In this document: piece by piece, positions 45,182-60,327 of the stretch
How the letters are laid out: every line of letters starts with the position of its first letter
Position numbering within the stretch: position 1 is the stretch's first letter
NCBI RefSeq assembly: GCF_009914755.1
Contig: NC_060930.1
Origin: the human T2T-CHM13v2.0 reference genome, Homo sapiens
Length of the DNA stretch: 64,000 nt
Strand: one strand, 5' to 3'
Position numbers and translations under genes: made by a program
The notes under the pieces: generated by a model
What the model saw: only the letters and a program-made list of their open reading frames with translations
What the model was told of the DNA's origin: nothing
The model's database searches: none

Positions 45182-46068
45182 TTGTGCAAAACTGTAAAAT
45201 GTTACACCTGCTCTGGAAGGTGGGTGTTTTTTTAACAACTAGTATAGCTGAGCATATGCAGGAAATATGATCTAACAATTAGATACCTAAGTATAATTTT
45301 ACTCCTAAGTATACATCTGTCAGAAATGTACAAGTATTGCAACAAAAGACATGTACTAAAATTTTTATAGCAGCACTATTTTTAATACCTCCAAACTGGA
45401 CACATACCAAATGTCTGTCTATAGTATAATAGATGAATATACTATGGTGTATTCATAAAATGGAATTCTACATAGCTTTGATAATTTCAAACTATACTCA
45501 ACAACATTGAAGAACCTCAGGAACATAATGTTGAACTAAAAAAGCCATAGACAAAAGGGTACACACTACATGATTAAAAAAGAAGAGAAGAAAAGGAAAA
45601 AGAGAAAATGCAAAATAACCTGTACTCTTTGAAGCAGCAGCTTGGGAGCACGGCAGAGCTCTGGGTTGCTGATAATGTTTGGTTTTCTGGTTAGGGTGCA
45701 GGCTTACACAGCATATTAAGTTTTTGAGAACCCATAAAGCTATATATACCTTTATGCGCTTTTCATTATGTCATGTTGTACTTTAATAAAAAATAACCTT
45801 AAAGCTTATGTAGTTGTGGCAGGATATAAGGATTGAGCATACCTGAAGTAGTTGATATTTAAGGGAGCTAACTAGAGGGCTTGCCAAGCAGTGTATGGTG
45901 CCAGGCTGAGGTCAGAGGCTTGGAATCTATTGTACATAGCTATGCAATGACCTCCAATCTCATTTCGGCAGTTGTATTAGTGTAGAGAAGGTAGACTGTT
46001 ACAGATCTGGGTTGAAGTTTTTTCAGGGTAGAGGTGGCAGAAGGTTAAAGGAGAAAGTAAGTTCATGT

Positions 46069-46115
46069 TGTTAACAAGGGATGCATTCATGTTAACAAGG
46101 GATGCATTTATGTTA
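46069..46115. repeat. 21-bp tandem duplication
   Basis: TGTTAACAAGGGATGCATTCA / TGTTAACAAGGGATGCATTTA / TGTTA. Confidence 0.92.
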
Positions 46116-47037
46116 GTGAGTCTAGACTGGATAAGAAGGAAAAATGAGTTTATTTGCACATTGAGGAAAGGTAGGGAGATACAGAACTAGAAATTTTATG
46201 GCTTTTAATTGTAGTAGGAGTAAATAAGTGAGAAAATGAAAGGGTAAGTGGTAGTACAAATGGGAGTTTACAGCTGAAAACTTCAGAAATGGAACAGTTC
46301 TAGGTAATTACAAGGTCCAATGCAGAGTTATGGGTTTGAGGGGCTGGGGAAAAGTGGACATGAAGGTCATCAGCGTTGAAAAGCTCAATAAACTATAAAG
46401 CAAACAAGTGAATTGGTCTTCCGCATAGGCATTGAACTAATCAGAATATTGAAAAGATTTTGAGTGGAGGGGAAAGTCGTGCACATGGTATTGAATTATT
46501 TGATAAATGTGAAGAAAAGACTTGGAGGCTCATGCATGTCTCTGATTGTAGAGCCAAATGGCATCTTATGAAAGGAGGTCAGATGCACACAATGAGGTGG
46601 AAGAGTAAAAGTTGTAAGGAGCTAGATCTGAGGATGGGCTAGAGTTGGGGACTAGCAGCTGACACCTTTCCTGGGGCATGAATTCCCTGTTCTGGTGACT
46701 AGCATTCTCCAATTCAGACAGCTGGGAAGTTAGTGGAGGAGAAAGAAACAATTTTCAGCAAAAACAAGGACTGGGAAAAATAACTGATAAAGAAATGCGT
46801 ATGTAAAAGAGGGTTGTTTTGTTTTGCTTTGTTTGCTTTATTATGAAACAGTCATTTTAGAAGGAATCAATATTAAGATTTTGGAGGAGAATATCAGTAA
46901 AAGCTAAGTGGGGTAAGTAAGTCACATAGCTATGCTGAAATGAGGGTGATGAGATACATTCTATGTTCTGATTAAGGGTGAAAAGAATGTTACGCATGGT
47001 GATATTGCTGAGTTTCATGTATTTCTATTGTTTAGTT

Positions 47038-47557
47038 CAACAGTCCCCAACCTTGGCACCAGGGACTGGTTTTATGGAAGACAGTTTTTCCATGGATTGG
47101 AGTGGGGATGGTTTTGGGATGATTCAAGCACATGGCATTTATTGTGCTCTTTATTTCTGTTATTATTACATTATAATATATAATAAAATAATTATATGAC
47201 TCGCCATAATGTAGAATCAGTGGGAGCCCTGAGCTTGTTTTCCTGCAACTAGATGGTCGCATCTGGGGATGATGGGAGACAGTGACAGAACATCAGGCTT
47301 TGGATTCTCATAAGAAGCCTGCAACCTAGATCCCTCGCATGCGCGTTTCACAATAGGGTTTGTGCTTCTATGAGACTCTAATGTCACCGCTGATCTGAGA
47401 GGAGGCAGAACGCAGGTGGTAATGCGAGCGAAGGGGAGTAGCTGTAAATACAGATGAAGCTTCACTTACTCACCCTCCGCTCACTTCCTGCTGTGTAGTC
47501 AGTCCAGTTCCTTTCGGGCCATGGACCAGTCTGTGGCCCAGAGGTTGGGGACACTTG
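47038..47557. mobile_element. MER1A (hAT-Charlie)
   Basis: 520 bp; TIRs CAACAGTCCCCAACC / GGTTGGGGACACTTG; perfect 8-bp TSD GTTTAGTT at 47030-47037 and 47558-47565. Confidence 0.92.
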
Positions 47558-48167
47558 GTTTAGTTACTTCAGTATTTATACAGGGCTGGGGTCCAGGTGG
47601 AGTCAGATAAACTATGATGTAGGTAGATGGGCTGTCCTTAGGGTTCCGACAGAATGTTACTGATGCAGAATGCTACATCAACATGTACAATGCCTCTGCA
47701 GAAATTCCAGGCTAAGGTTAGAGAGGACGATAATGCAGTTCCTAGGACATATGTCTTCTTTGTAAATTGTAGCAGTTTCTGGTGGATGGGAAAACTTGGA
47801 CTTCTCCAGAAGGAACCATAGAATACTAAACTAGTTCTTAGCATAATGATCCATGGTATTGATTCTTAATTTCCAAATGAGATGTTGATGGCTAACCAAG
47901 GAAAATAAACTTCCTTAAGGCTGGAGCAAAATGTAAATGGGACTCTTCCCTGAGGTGAGGCTGAAAGAAGGTCTAAGAAAGAGAAATAAACGATTTTTGA
48001 GGATAGGCTATGCAGTAATGAAGAAGAAAATAAATGAGGTAGAAGCCAGGCTAGCTCTGTGGTGACAGTCACTTCTCTATTTTTCCCAAAGGGGTGGTTT
48101 GCTTGTTTCCTGGGCTGGTGGAATTTCCCTTGGCAACACTCATGTGTTGCTGCTCATGGTCTTCTTT

Positions 48168-49618
<1,451 letters not shown>

Positions 49619-50048
49619 CATGGTCTTCTTTAAAGGGTTTGACCAACAGCTGGGGAATGAAAGGGTGTGTGGTAGCCCCAGGGGCACAATTACTGTCTCT
49701 GCTGCAGTTTAAGAGTGCTCTGAATTTGGCTTGTGAGTTCTTGTTGTGTCTCTGAATGGATAAAGGGCTGAATTTCCTAGATACTCAGAGTCATTGCCCT
49801 TCTATCAGTTCACCATGCTAGAAGGCCTAGAGTAAGACATTTGGCCGTATCTGGAAGTTCTGTAGCAAATGCCTTCTGGAACCTCATGACTAAAATTATG
49901 AGGAAAAAGATTCAAAGCAAGGTTTTAAGGAGCTTTACAAAAACAGAAAACCAATAACCACATACTTGAGAGTAAAGACTCTTGGGATGCTTAAAAATGT
50001 TTATAAGGCTCAGGAGAATCTTTTTTCAGAAAGTAAAACATGAAGAAA

Positions 50049-50075
50049 TGTGTGTGTGTGTGTGTGTGTGTGTGT
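50049..50075. repeat. (TG)n microsatellite
   Basis: Directly visible. Confidence 0.95.
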
Positions 50076-52919
50076 ATGCAAAACAGATAACAAAAAAACC
50101 AAGAAAATGACTAACATGCAGAGTGTATAATAAAAATGTTAAGAAAGCAACATCTTTGGGAAATTCATTTGTTAATTTCTAAGTGAAAAGCATACACATT
50201 TCATTAGGTTGGGATTTAAAATATCTAATTCAAATTGTAGAATAAAGTTACAGGAAATTAAATACTTTTTTTTAAATTTTGGTTTGGTTTTCTTCGAATG
50301 AGGATGAAGCGGTAAATGTCTAGATGAGGGAAAAAATCTATTGTCTTAGTTTTCTCTTGAGAAAAGCTGTGCCCTAAAAGTCTACTGAAGCAACTTCCAT
50401 GAGAAACAAATATATTCTGAAACATCCACGAAAAATGCTTTTTACCTCTTAGCTCTGTTTTAGGCCTTAGCCTGTAGTCTGTCTCTTTTTCTTCTTTGTA
50501 GGACTGAATTTAAATCAGTAAATAAAAACATAAGGATGTTAAAACACTTCATCAATTTGAAGTATTTAATGAGATGTTCCAGGGTGCTATATCATGTTAT
50601 GGATGCTGGTTCAACTCCTACTCTCAATTTCTAATGACCTAATTTATATTGTGGCAATAGTTTTACTTTCAAGGTAGCTATGATGACCTTTTCTAACCCC
50701 AATGTTAATTATATCCCATGCCCCAAATTTTCAATTTGGTGTTATATGTTTCAGTTCTTAAAATAATTATTATATGTGATCTGTGATATCTAGAAATATT
50801 TTATTTCTCATGTCATAAATATCATGTAATTGTTTCTTTATCTTTGCTGCTTTTAACATCTACACAGTATCCATCTTTCTAATGGCTAAAAATTAAATGT
50901 GACATTGTGCAAGGAGTTCAGCTATGATTAAGTGGCAACAACTAGAAAATCCTCCCTTGCAAAAACCACTAAGAAATCATTATTTGCCTTTTCAGTGCGA
51001 AAAATAAATGTTGTATTTTATTCCCTTCCATCATCACCCTTAGAATTGCATCTTCCTGCAGTAGCATCAAGAATAATGCAAGGTCATTTCTAAAGTGTTT
51101 GCTTTTCTGTGCTTTGTTCACCTCTCCTCTTAGGGAGGGAGGTTATGTGGCCCCAATGTCTCCAATGTGTCTAGAAGTTCCCCTTTAATTACTCAGGTAG
51201 ATAGATAAAAATAAAGTAAATGCACAAAACTTATGGTTTCCATAAATGCATTCATTGTAGCAATTTTCATTATTATCCATACCATTTGAAGGCTATTTGC
51301 TTTTAAAGCTAGCAATTTCTAAGTTAGAAGCAAAATTGAACAATAATAAATTAATTTCAAAAAGAAACTAGTGAATCTCTTCCTCCTTATCATCACTTTA
51401 AAAAGTACATTTAATAATCGTATTTTGTTTTTTACTCTCTGGGACTTTCTTTCCTTGCTTTGACAAGTAGATAATGGATCTTTCTGTTATGTAGAACTCA
51501 GGTCCAGAATTCATATTCTACCACATAAGTAGGCTCTTTGAAAACCATACTTGACTGAAAAACTGAGTCTAGGTAAGTTTTTGTCTTAATTAACCTGTAT
51601 AATCTGTTGTTAGAGACAAAATTTATTGCTTCATTTACATTTTAATTACAGAGGGGTCCAAAATGTTAAGTTTTAATTGGCTGAAGAGAATTATGTGCAA
51701 CGAAGTCTCATGGCAAATGGAACAGAGTGCTTTGCAGGGACTTGCTGGCTCTCTGTTAAGATTAGGGGTCCCATAAGTGGAAAAGGTTTAACTCCCTTCC
51801 TGAATCTCCAATATCTCAAAATCAGTAAAGAAGACCTTCACAGATGCCCTGATCTTACAAGAGAATGTCATAGATGATTTCTCCAGAGTGTTTTTAATGC
51901 ACTGCAATTACTAGTTACTGTTTGGGCATAGTTACGGTACCTGCTAGACCATAAATAGTTAATGTCGATGGGATAAATCCAGTAGCATTATTATAAATCT
52001 GTGCTGAATGGTTGAGTGAAATGTCCCTAAAATCTCCTAACTCCTTAGATTCCAAACCATTCCAAATCTTATTAAGCATTTATTATGTAAACAATATTTT
52101 TAAGCCAAAAACATTCTGAAAGTCTTTTTATTTCTGATGTAAATGTTCAACTCTCTCCCTTGTTCCCAGTTCTCTTTCCATTTTCTCTTTTTATTCATTA
52201 TTCATTATTCATTATTCTTAAAAGCCAGTCACTTTTTTAAAACTTACTGGAGTGAATCCATCTTTTCACTGGGCTCTGACAGATAGAAAGGCTTAAAAAA
52301 TGCAAAGTCCTCATGATAGGACATCTGAGGAAAATATATTGTAGATTTCCTTCTGAATGCCTTCTTCAGTATGAAGAGTCCCAAGTAAAACATTTCAAGT
52401 ACGCATTGGGAGCATATATACATTCAGCTGAAGACAGCTTCCCTCCCCTTTGCTCTGAGAGCATTTCACTAAAGTCTTCTTAAGTTGGATGCCAGTATGA
52501 TGTTCTGACACAAATATATGATTTTAGCATTTGGCTTAGAATTAAGCTTGTATACTGCCAGCATTAAATATATGAAGTATTTACTTGATGTCAAATTAGA
52601 AAAGATCATTTATTTTTAATGATCTTCAGAGATGTGGCCATTTATTTTTAATATTCCACCTTACTTCAGATGACTAGGTTCAAGTAAGTGCTATTTCCCT
52701 TAATCTAATTCTTTTTCAACCTGTATCTCTTTTATGCCAGAAGCACTCAGTGATTTCAAAAGGAACTCCTTAAGTTATAGTAATAGTCAGTAAAATGGGA
52801 AACAATGTTGCTGTCAAGATGCAAGATTTTTCCCAAACAGGACATTTTGGCCTCCCCACAGCCACATTCTTGAATATTAGTCCATTTTCTCAGACTTTTA
52901 TGATAAACATTTAATTATT

Positions 52920-52998
52920 GGCTGCTCTGACTATGGAGTAGCCATTCTTTTATTCCTTTACTTTCCCAAGAAACTTGCTTTTACTTTACAAAAAGCAG
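52920..52998 (+). mobile_element. Short MER41-type LTR fragment with A tail and long TSD (processed retrocopy)
   Basis: CTGCTCTGACTATGGAGTAGCCATTCTTTTATTCCTTTACTTTC...AAACTTGCTTTTACTTTAC then AAAAA; flanks AACATTTAATTATT / AACACTCAATTATT. Confidence 0.75.
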
Positions 52999-53296
52999 AA
53001 CACTCAATTATTATCTGTCACTGTGCTTCTTAATAGTAACCCTTATATTAGCATATAAAATGGTTTGATTTAGAAAATATAATAATGAATTTTTTGAAAT
53101 AGAGATATCACTGGGATGATCTCTCCAAATCAATGGACAGTACTTTTTAACCATAAGTTCAGTGACAACTCATGACAATTTATATCCCCCTAGAAATATG
53201 GTATCGAGATGTCAGTCTTCAAATTAAGAAAAAGAAAAATCCGAATCATAAAATTAAATATCTATATCTGATGACTGTTTGAGCTTGGCAAGACCA

Positions 53297-53311
53297 CCAC
53301 CAGGGGGAGCA
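53297..53311 (+). promoter_or_regulatory. Candidate CTCF site
   Basis: CCACCAGGGGGAGCA, one mismatch to the core CCACCAGGGGGCGC, in non-repeat AT-rich DNA. Confidence 0.6.
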
Positions 53312-54149
53312 AGTTACTGGACAAAGGAAGTGATGTACAGTTTCAGAATTTTAATAGAAAATCCGGCTTTTAAGAACAAAATGATAGCACAATTGGTAAG
53401 AATAAAAGAAAAACAAGATGACTCAAAGTCACATGAACTGCTAACTCTCTAGTATCTTATTAAAATAACATTGCTTCACTTTAGTTTCTGGAGTGAGTTG
53501 CTGTGACACTACCACAGTTATGTTTTCTTTGTAATGTGTTTTTCCCAGTGAAGTATCCTATCTTCTACAGCCGTTATGACCTACATGCTGACAGCACTTT
53601 GTAAAATGCAAATGACCTTACAAATTTAATGATGTAATACATATCAGGTTCATGTAATTATGGATAGAAAAAATCTGGAAGTTGAGAGGGTCTGCCTGCT
53701 TGACAGGCAGTATATGCAATATATTTTACATGTGGGAGGGTTAATTCATACATTTTTTAAGACACAGTCTTCAAATATTTTACATCTGAATTAAGGGAAA
53801 CTAACTTACTAAAGGAAACAAATAGAGTGTCTTCTAAGCAAGCTGTGAGCAAGTACTTTTAAATCCCATGACGGAAATTATTTGAGAAATCCTTTGTGAT
53901 GTAAGAAAGATTATTCATAAAGAAGTTTAGCAACTGTTTACAAATTCACAAGTCATGTTAAGCTATATAACTTGAAAAGAAAACCTTTTGAAGGAAACAA
54001 CTTGTGTCAGTGTCATTATGAATATTTTACATTGATATCAAACAGAATAAAACCCATATTTTATTTAACATGATCTATTTATTGATTACATCTGGGTAAA
54101 CAATTCTAAACAAAACAAATATGACCACATTATCCCATGTCTAAGAAGA

Positions 54150-54761
54150 AAGGAGAGCATTCAACACATAATTATTCTAATATAGGATTACATAACATAA
54201 AGTGTTATGAGAAAGCACTGTTTGCAATGGGAAAGTATGATGGAATTATAACTTTGGTTAAGTATTTAGGGAAGTCTTCTCAGAGGAAGTTTTAATGTGG
54301 TGGATACTAAGAATTATCTAAGTGAATCATGAGAAGGGAAACTGGGAAGAAGAAAGAATAGTCCAGTTAGAACTGTATCTTTGGGAACTGTACAGACAGG
54401 AGATCTTGACATATTTGAGGAACTGAGAGATTCCTATTGAGTCTGGAGTTGAGTGATCAAAGGGATGCAGGTCAGGGTAGGTGAAAGCAGGAGAACTAAG
54501 GCAACTTACAATTCTATAAGAGCCTTATAAGATACACATTTAAAATTTTAGATATTAATCAGAATGTAATGGGGCTTGGAAGAGTTTTGTACTGGAAAGT
54601 GACATGATCTACATTATGTTTTGAGAAGGTTATATTGGCATATGTGTGAAAAAAATTAGAGTGGAAATAGAAGGGATACAGGTAAACTTATTAGAAGGCC
54701 TTTGTGGCCATCCTGGTAAGAGATAATGGTGGATGAAATTGTGGTGGTGACACTAGAGAAG

Positions 54762-54809
<48 letters not shown>

Positions 54810-55330
54810 AGTAGAGTCAAGAGGACTTGTTGATGAATCTATAGAATGATGGAGAGGGAAATGACAAGGCTAAGACATGCCCTTTTTGGTTAAAACAAAG
54901 ACTGGGAAAAAGCAAGTTTTGCAGAAAAAGATTAACAATTCATGTTTCTAAATATGTGAATGTTGAAAAGTTTGTAATAGTTGTAAGTCATCCACGTTGA
55001 CATCCAAGATGCCAAGTTACTCATATATTATGGCCTCTGCTCTTATATACATGCATATGCAAGAAATAGGCAATGTAATTGGACTGCATACATGGGAGTT
55101 ATTGGCCATGAAATGGTCATTAAAGGCAAGAGAGTTGACAATGACAAGACTAATCAAGGATAGAATGTAGAGTGAGAAGAGGGCCTATTACCCAATGTTG
55201 AGAAACTTGACTATTAAATATTTAGAATAAGTAAGAAGCTGGCTACAGAAGTTGAAAAGGAGGAGACATCAAGAAAAGGGGAAAGCTAGAACTGTGATTA
55301 TTTCACAGCTAAGCAAAATTATTTCTTAAA
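54150..55330 (-). mobile_element. L2 fragment
   Basis: GGGAAGTCTTCTCAGAGGAAG, ATATTTGAGGAACTGA, GTGACATGATCTACATT, GGTAAGAGATAATGGTGG, GAGTGAGAAGAGGGCCT. Confidence 0.75.
54769..54807. repeat. (CA)n microsatellite
   Basis: Directly visible. Confidence 0.97.
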
Positions 55331-55685
55331 TGTTAAACTTTTGTTGCATGTTTTGGGATGTTTTGTTTTTAATGAGAAAACTGTATCCAAGAGGGTTGAA
55401 AATTATGGTAGACCACAGTGACTTTATTTAGATTTATTCTTTCCAATCAAGGATATTGGTTGTGTATTTTCTCTGGGAAATAAGAATTTTATCAGTATTG
55501 TTCATTGATCAATGATGAAAATGTGGACTATACAGATACTCAAAGCCAACATTCTAATACTCATCATTTTGCTAGTTAGAAAATAAATTAAATACATGTA
55601 CCTTAGATTAATGTTTTTTGGTTTCATACTTCTTGAAGAACAGTAAAGATTTGAAGAGCTATAATGGCTTTGAGTCCTGTGCAAC

Positions 55686-56271
<586 letters not shown>

Positions 56272-57629
56272 TGATGTTCCAGTTTTCACTTTGTATACTA
56301 CTTTAGTTAAGAGCAGATTCTTGACTTCATTTACAAGCACTCTTGAGTTTGGGTAATTCCTCCAACTTCCCACAAATTCCTTCTGTGAAGCAAGTTTCAT
56401 AGAAGTTAGATCTTAAGACATTTGAAATGACTTTCCCTGTTACACTCTAGAACACTGTTTACTTCAGCTGATACGTCCCTGCTTAGGCATATCACACTCT
56501 TTCATAAGGTTTCTATATCCATCCACCTAACTTTCAAACTCACATCATTTTTTTTCTCCTTTTCAGTTGGCTACCTTAATCTCTGTTTCTCAGGGCACAA
56601 ATTTCTTCCCCAAAGTTTTTTCTGTATTTTTACCTAGTAGCTTGGGGGAGTCTGGTGTACAGTCTTAAGACATGAAGTTCAGAACAGATACATGCAAACA
56701 ATTCCATCACATGTCTCAGAATAAGCTCTACAATGTAGTGAGTAGATCACAAATCTCTTTTAATGTGGCATGTTTACTGTTTGTGTTCTTTGTTCTTAAC
56801 ACTGCATCATGGTGAACTGCAGCTGCAAGTGAAAACAACAGAACTGGCAAGCATTATCAATCTAATATTTTGTTTCAAATTAATAGCGGATAAGTCCAAA
56901 TTTGACTCAACTAATAAAATTATTAGTAAATGTGCAGTTAAATCTTGATCTCATTTTGGTATATCAGATAGACATGGTGATTTTGATTGGATTTTTCCAT
57001 TTTAAAGTAGTACCTTTTATGATGCAGATAAGAGGTATAAATAAAGACTTTTTGTAAAAACATTTTCTTGGATTGGTGCAAGTTTTTTTGATTAAATGTA
57101 AAATTATTTAAGAGGCCAGATTTTCCATCAGACAAACCAATAGGAAAACAATGTTATGCTGGTCTTAACATAGCCATTTGGATTGACCAATGTGTCTTAA
57201 AAAAGTAGATTGAAGGATAATTCCTTCACCTTGAAAATATTGTTAACAAAATAAGCATCCACTTCTATAATATACCTAGACTGTAATTAAACTTCCAAAT
57301 ATTATAATGACTTGTTTTCTTAAAAATTTCTCTGTAAAACCTTGGTTACTTATGGTTTTATTGCTATGACAATCATTCCTAGGCCATAATATCCAAGATG
57401 TCTTATTATTGGCCAAGTATCTGAAAAGGGTGGATGGGTAAGACACCTGGATGAGGAGTCCAGACCTCGCTCACTATCTGAGTTACAAGAGAATTTCCTA
57501 TGAATGTTATAATATGGCTAATTATTTTACATTCCATAAGCAACTCTACATAACTATGATATACTTAGAGAAGGCCAGTCCATTTGGTATTGAGAAGAGC
57601 CAATGTATTGAATTGTCAAAATAAGATGA

Positions 57630-58054
57630 TGTGCTAGTCAAGTTACTCCAGAGAAATAAAGAGAGAAACAGTGTGTGGAGAGAAAGAGAGAGACACAGAT
57701 TTTTAAAGGAATTGGCTTATGAAATGATGGAGGTTGACAAGCCCAAAATAAGCCAGGAAGGCCAGCAGGAGAGAGACCTAAGGAAGAGTTGCAGTTCAAG
57801 TGCACAGACAATCTGCTGGAAGAATTCCCTCTATTCCCTCTCTCTCCAGGGAGGTTAGTCTTTTTCTTAGACTTTCAACTGATTGGATGAAGCCCACACA
57901 GATTTTGGAGAGCAATCTGCTTTACTAAAAGTCTACTGATTTAAGGTTAATTCCATCTAAAAAAATAGCCTCACAGAAACATGTAGAATAGTATTTGACC
58001 AAATATCTGGGCGCTGTGGTCTAGCCAAGTTGACAAATGAAATTAACCATCATA
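57630..58054 (-). mobile_element. MLT2 (MLT2D/C-like) ERVL solo LTR
   Basis: CTCCAGAGAAA...AAGGAATTGGCTTATG...TTCAACTGATTGGATGAAGCCCAC...AGCCAAGTTGACAAATGAAATTAACCATCA; TSD GATGA/GATGG. Confidence 0.85.
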
Positions 58055-58669
58055 GATGGTCTCCATAGCTTCTAAGACACAAGGAAAATCTTTAGCAGAA
58101 AACATACCTTTTTGATTACATCAGTATCCTTTCTCTTATCATTGTCTTGTGGCCAGAAAATTCAGATATATTCTATAAAATGTTTAGAGTCCTCCTGAGA
58201 GGGATTTATTTAACTAGATGGGAATTTCACTTGGTTTAGTATCAGTGCAGCCAGCCAATAAGTCAACCTCTATTTTTTTTTTATTTTGGACATAAAAATT
58301 AATATCAGTTGAAAAGGTTTTTCTGTAGGCTAAACTAGCTTTCTACTTGCGCTGCCACTGACATTACAAGCAAGAATCCAAAAAACAACATTGAGATGCA
58401 TTGTGAGAAATGCCTTGGGTTTAGATCCAATTTACTAATACCCTCTTAATCATCTGTTATACAGTACAATTTCAAAGACTAGGAGCCCTCTGGCCTGGGT
58501 ATCATTGATATTGAAATGGAAAATAACCAGAGTAGACAAACTGTTATGCATAAAGAGAATAGAGAACTGAAGAAGACATTGTATTTTTTCAGTATGTAGA
58601 AAAGCTTCAAAAGGTGTTTTAATTCTTTTATCACTAATTTTGCTAAGCCATGTTTTTCAAACTTTACCT

Positions 58670-59220
58670 ATTTCTTACATTTTAAAATTGCCTTTGTAAA
58701 AATCAGTATATAAATTATAAACATACTGAAAAGTGGAACATAAACATTAGTTTGACATAGTTGCCAATTTTCCCTCTGATCTTTTTATATCTATAGTTTT
58801 TGTTGTTGTAGTACTAAAACAGTTTCAATGATATGTTATTTATAATTTTGCATGCTGCTTTTTAAAACCTATTTTTATATAAATATTTTTTAAATTATAC
58901 AGTACCTGGCATATGCTACAGACGTTTGTTTAATGCATGAATTATTTAGTGAATACAGTTGTTGTAGACCATGCTTGTTGAAATTCTCCATAAGCACTAT
59001 TTTTAAGTTTTGGCTTATTTAACAAGCAAATTTGCCATAATTATGTAACCATTCCCATATTATCTGACACTTAGGTTGTTTTCAGTTTTTTTTAAAAAAA
59101 TAGGTAATTATATGATGAACATCTTCAAATGTGAAGTGTTTTCTGCTTCTGAAACTCTCAGATATATTTGTAGAAGTGATAACACTAGGTCAAAGATATA
59201 AACTTTTTCCTAGAAAAAAA
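58670..59220 (-). mobile_element. Old L1ME-like fragment
   Basis: TAACCATTCCCATATTATCTGACACTTAGGTTGTTTTCAG, TAGAAGTGATAACACTAGGTCAAAG. Confidence 0.55.
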
Positions 59221-59949
59221 CCTAAAATATACCTGTTAAGGTAATTAGACAGAGAAATAGAAAATTCCTTGTATTGTAAAATTTTAGGTTTTCAGATCAA
59301 AAATGTTTTATTGTTCTATAAAATGGGCTATGATTTTTATGAGAAAATATATACTTGCAGGGATGCAAAAAGTATGAAAAAATAGAAATACTAATATGCC
59401 TTTCTTTCTGATATTTCTCAGAAACCTCTGATAGACCCATGATCATTCTCTGGACTAAACTTCTGGGGTTTCAAAGCCCAAGTGAACAAAAATGACAGAA
59501 TTTTATAAAGCATTTCAAAACCAAATATCCCACATTTAACTATTGTTTTGGATTAACCAAACCACAGCTTTATTTCATACAAATGGAAATTCAGTAGTTG
59601 GTAGTATTGAAAAATAGAAGGAGATGAATAAGGGAGTGTGCTAAGTACATGTTTAATAAAATTGATTGGCTTGGATTAAAATGATACATAATGTGAATTG
59701 ACTTCACCAAGAGTTCACAATAAAGATAACAGTGTTCTGGACATCTATATATTTTTTTTCTTTATCTATATTCACAACAGAATATTGGTCAGGAGAAACT
59801 AAATGCTAATATAAACTAGTAATGCTTTCTTCCAACCCGAAATAGATACACATAATACTAGAAAAGTGCTGTTTAAAGATTTTATGTTATATGACACGTG
59901 GAAAATATCTTCTGAAAGCATGAGCTAGTCCAACCACTAATAAGGTCAG

Positions 59950-60327
59950 TGTATTAGTCCATTCTCACACTGCTAATAAAGACATACCTGAGATTGGGTA
60001 ATTAATTTATAATGAAAAGAGGTTTAATTGACTCATGTTTCGCATGGCTGGGGAGGCCTCAGGAAACTTACAATCATGGCAGGAGAGGAAGGAAACCCAT
60101 TCTTTTTCACATGGTGGCAGGAGAGAGAATGAGTGCCCAGTGACGGGGAAAGCCCCTTATAAAACCATCAGATCTCGTGAGAACTAACTCACCATCACAA
60201 AAACAGGATGGGGGAGGCTGTCCGCATGATTCAATTATCTTTACCTGTTTCCTCCCTTGATGTGTGGGGATTATGGGAACTACAATTCAAGATGAAATTT
60301 GGGTGGGGACACGGCCAAACCATATCA
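59950..60327 (-). mobile_element. THE1 solo LTR (THE1C-like)
   Basis: TGTATTAGTCCATTCTCACACTGCTAATAAAGACATACC...CAGGAAACTTACAATC...CCAAACCATATCA. Confidence 0.9.

Larger units (their letters stand above)
43805..45795 (+). mobile_element. L1MC/L1MD-type 3' portion, interrupted by MSTD and MSTB
   Basis: AAATTATGCTGGGTCAATT, TTGGACTATATTAAAATTAAGAACTT, GGAGCAACCAGAACCCTTACACAC|...AAAATGTTACA, CAAAAGACATGTAC, final AATAAA at ~45785. Confidence 0.75.
41600..47030 (-). mobile_element. Long fragmented L2 (pieces ~41.6-42.3, ~43.57-43.7 and ~45.8-47.0 kb) hosting nested insertions
   Basis: Purine-rich antisense L2 relics in collinear order: GAATATAGACTACCCTTTTCAGAAA; TAATGGCCTCTACTTTTTC; GAAGGTCATCAGCGTTGA...GGCATTGAACTAATCAGAAT (EN-domain-like). 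Confidence 0.5.

Noticed and set aside
47620-47670. Minus-strand FCRNP resembling a kringle motif
   Set aside because: No other kringle cysteines or tryptophans and no exon structure; chance match
51460-51660. Plus-strand splice signals (TAG/GTAAGT at ~51572, TTACAG acceptor at ~51651)
   Set aside because: No open frame or other support; isolated consensus sites are common by chance, as are the minus donors at ~33750 and ~38416
53695-53713. Short inverted repeat CTGCCTG...CAGGCAG near 53.7 kb
   Set aside because: 7-bp stems are expected by chance and it has no pre-miRNA-like extension
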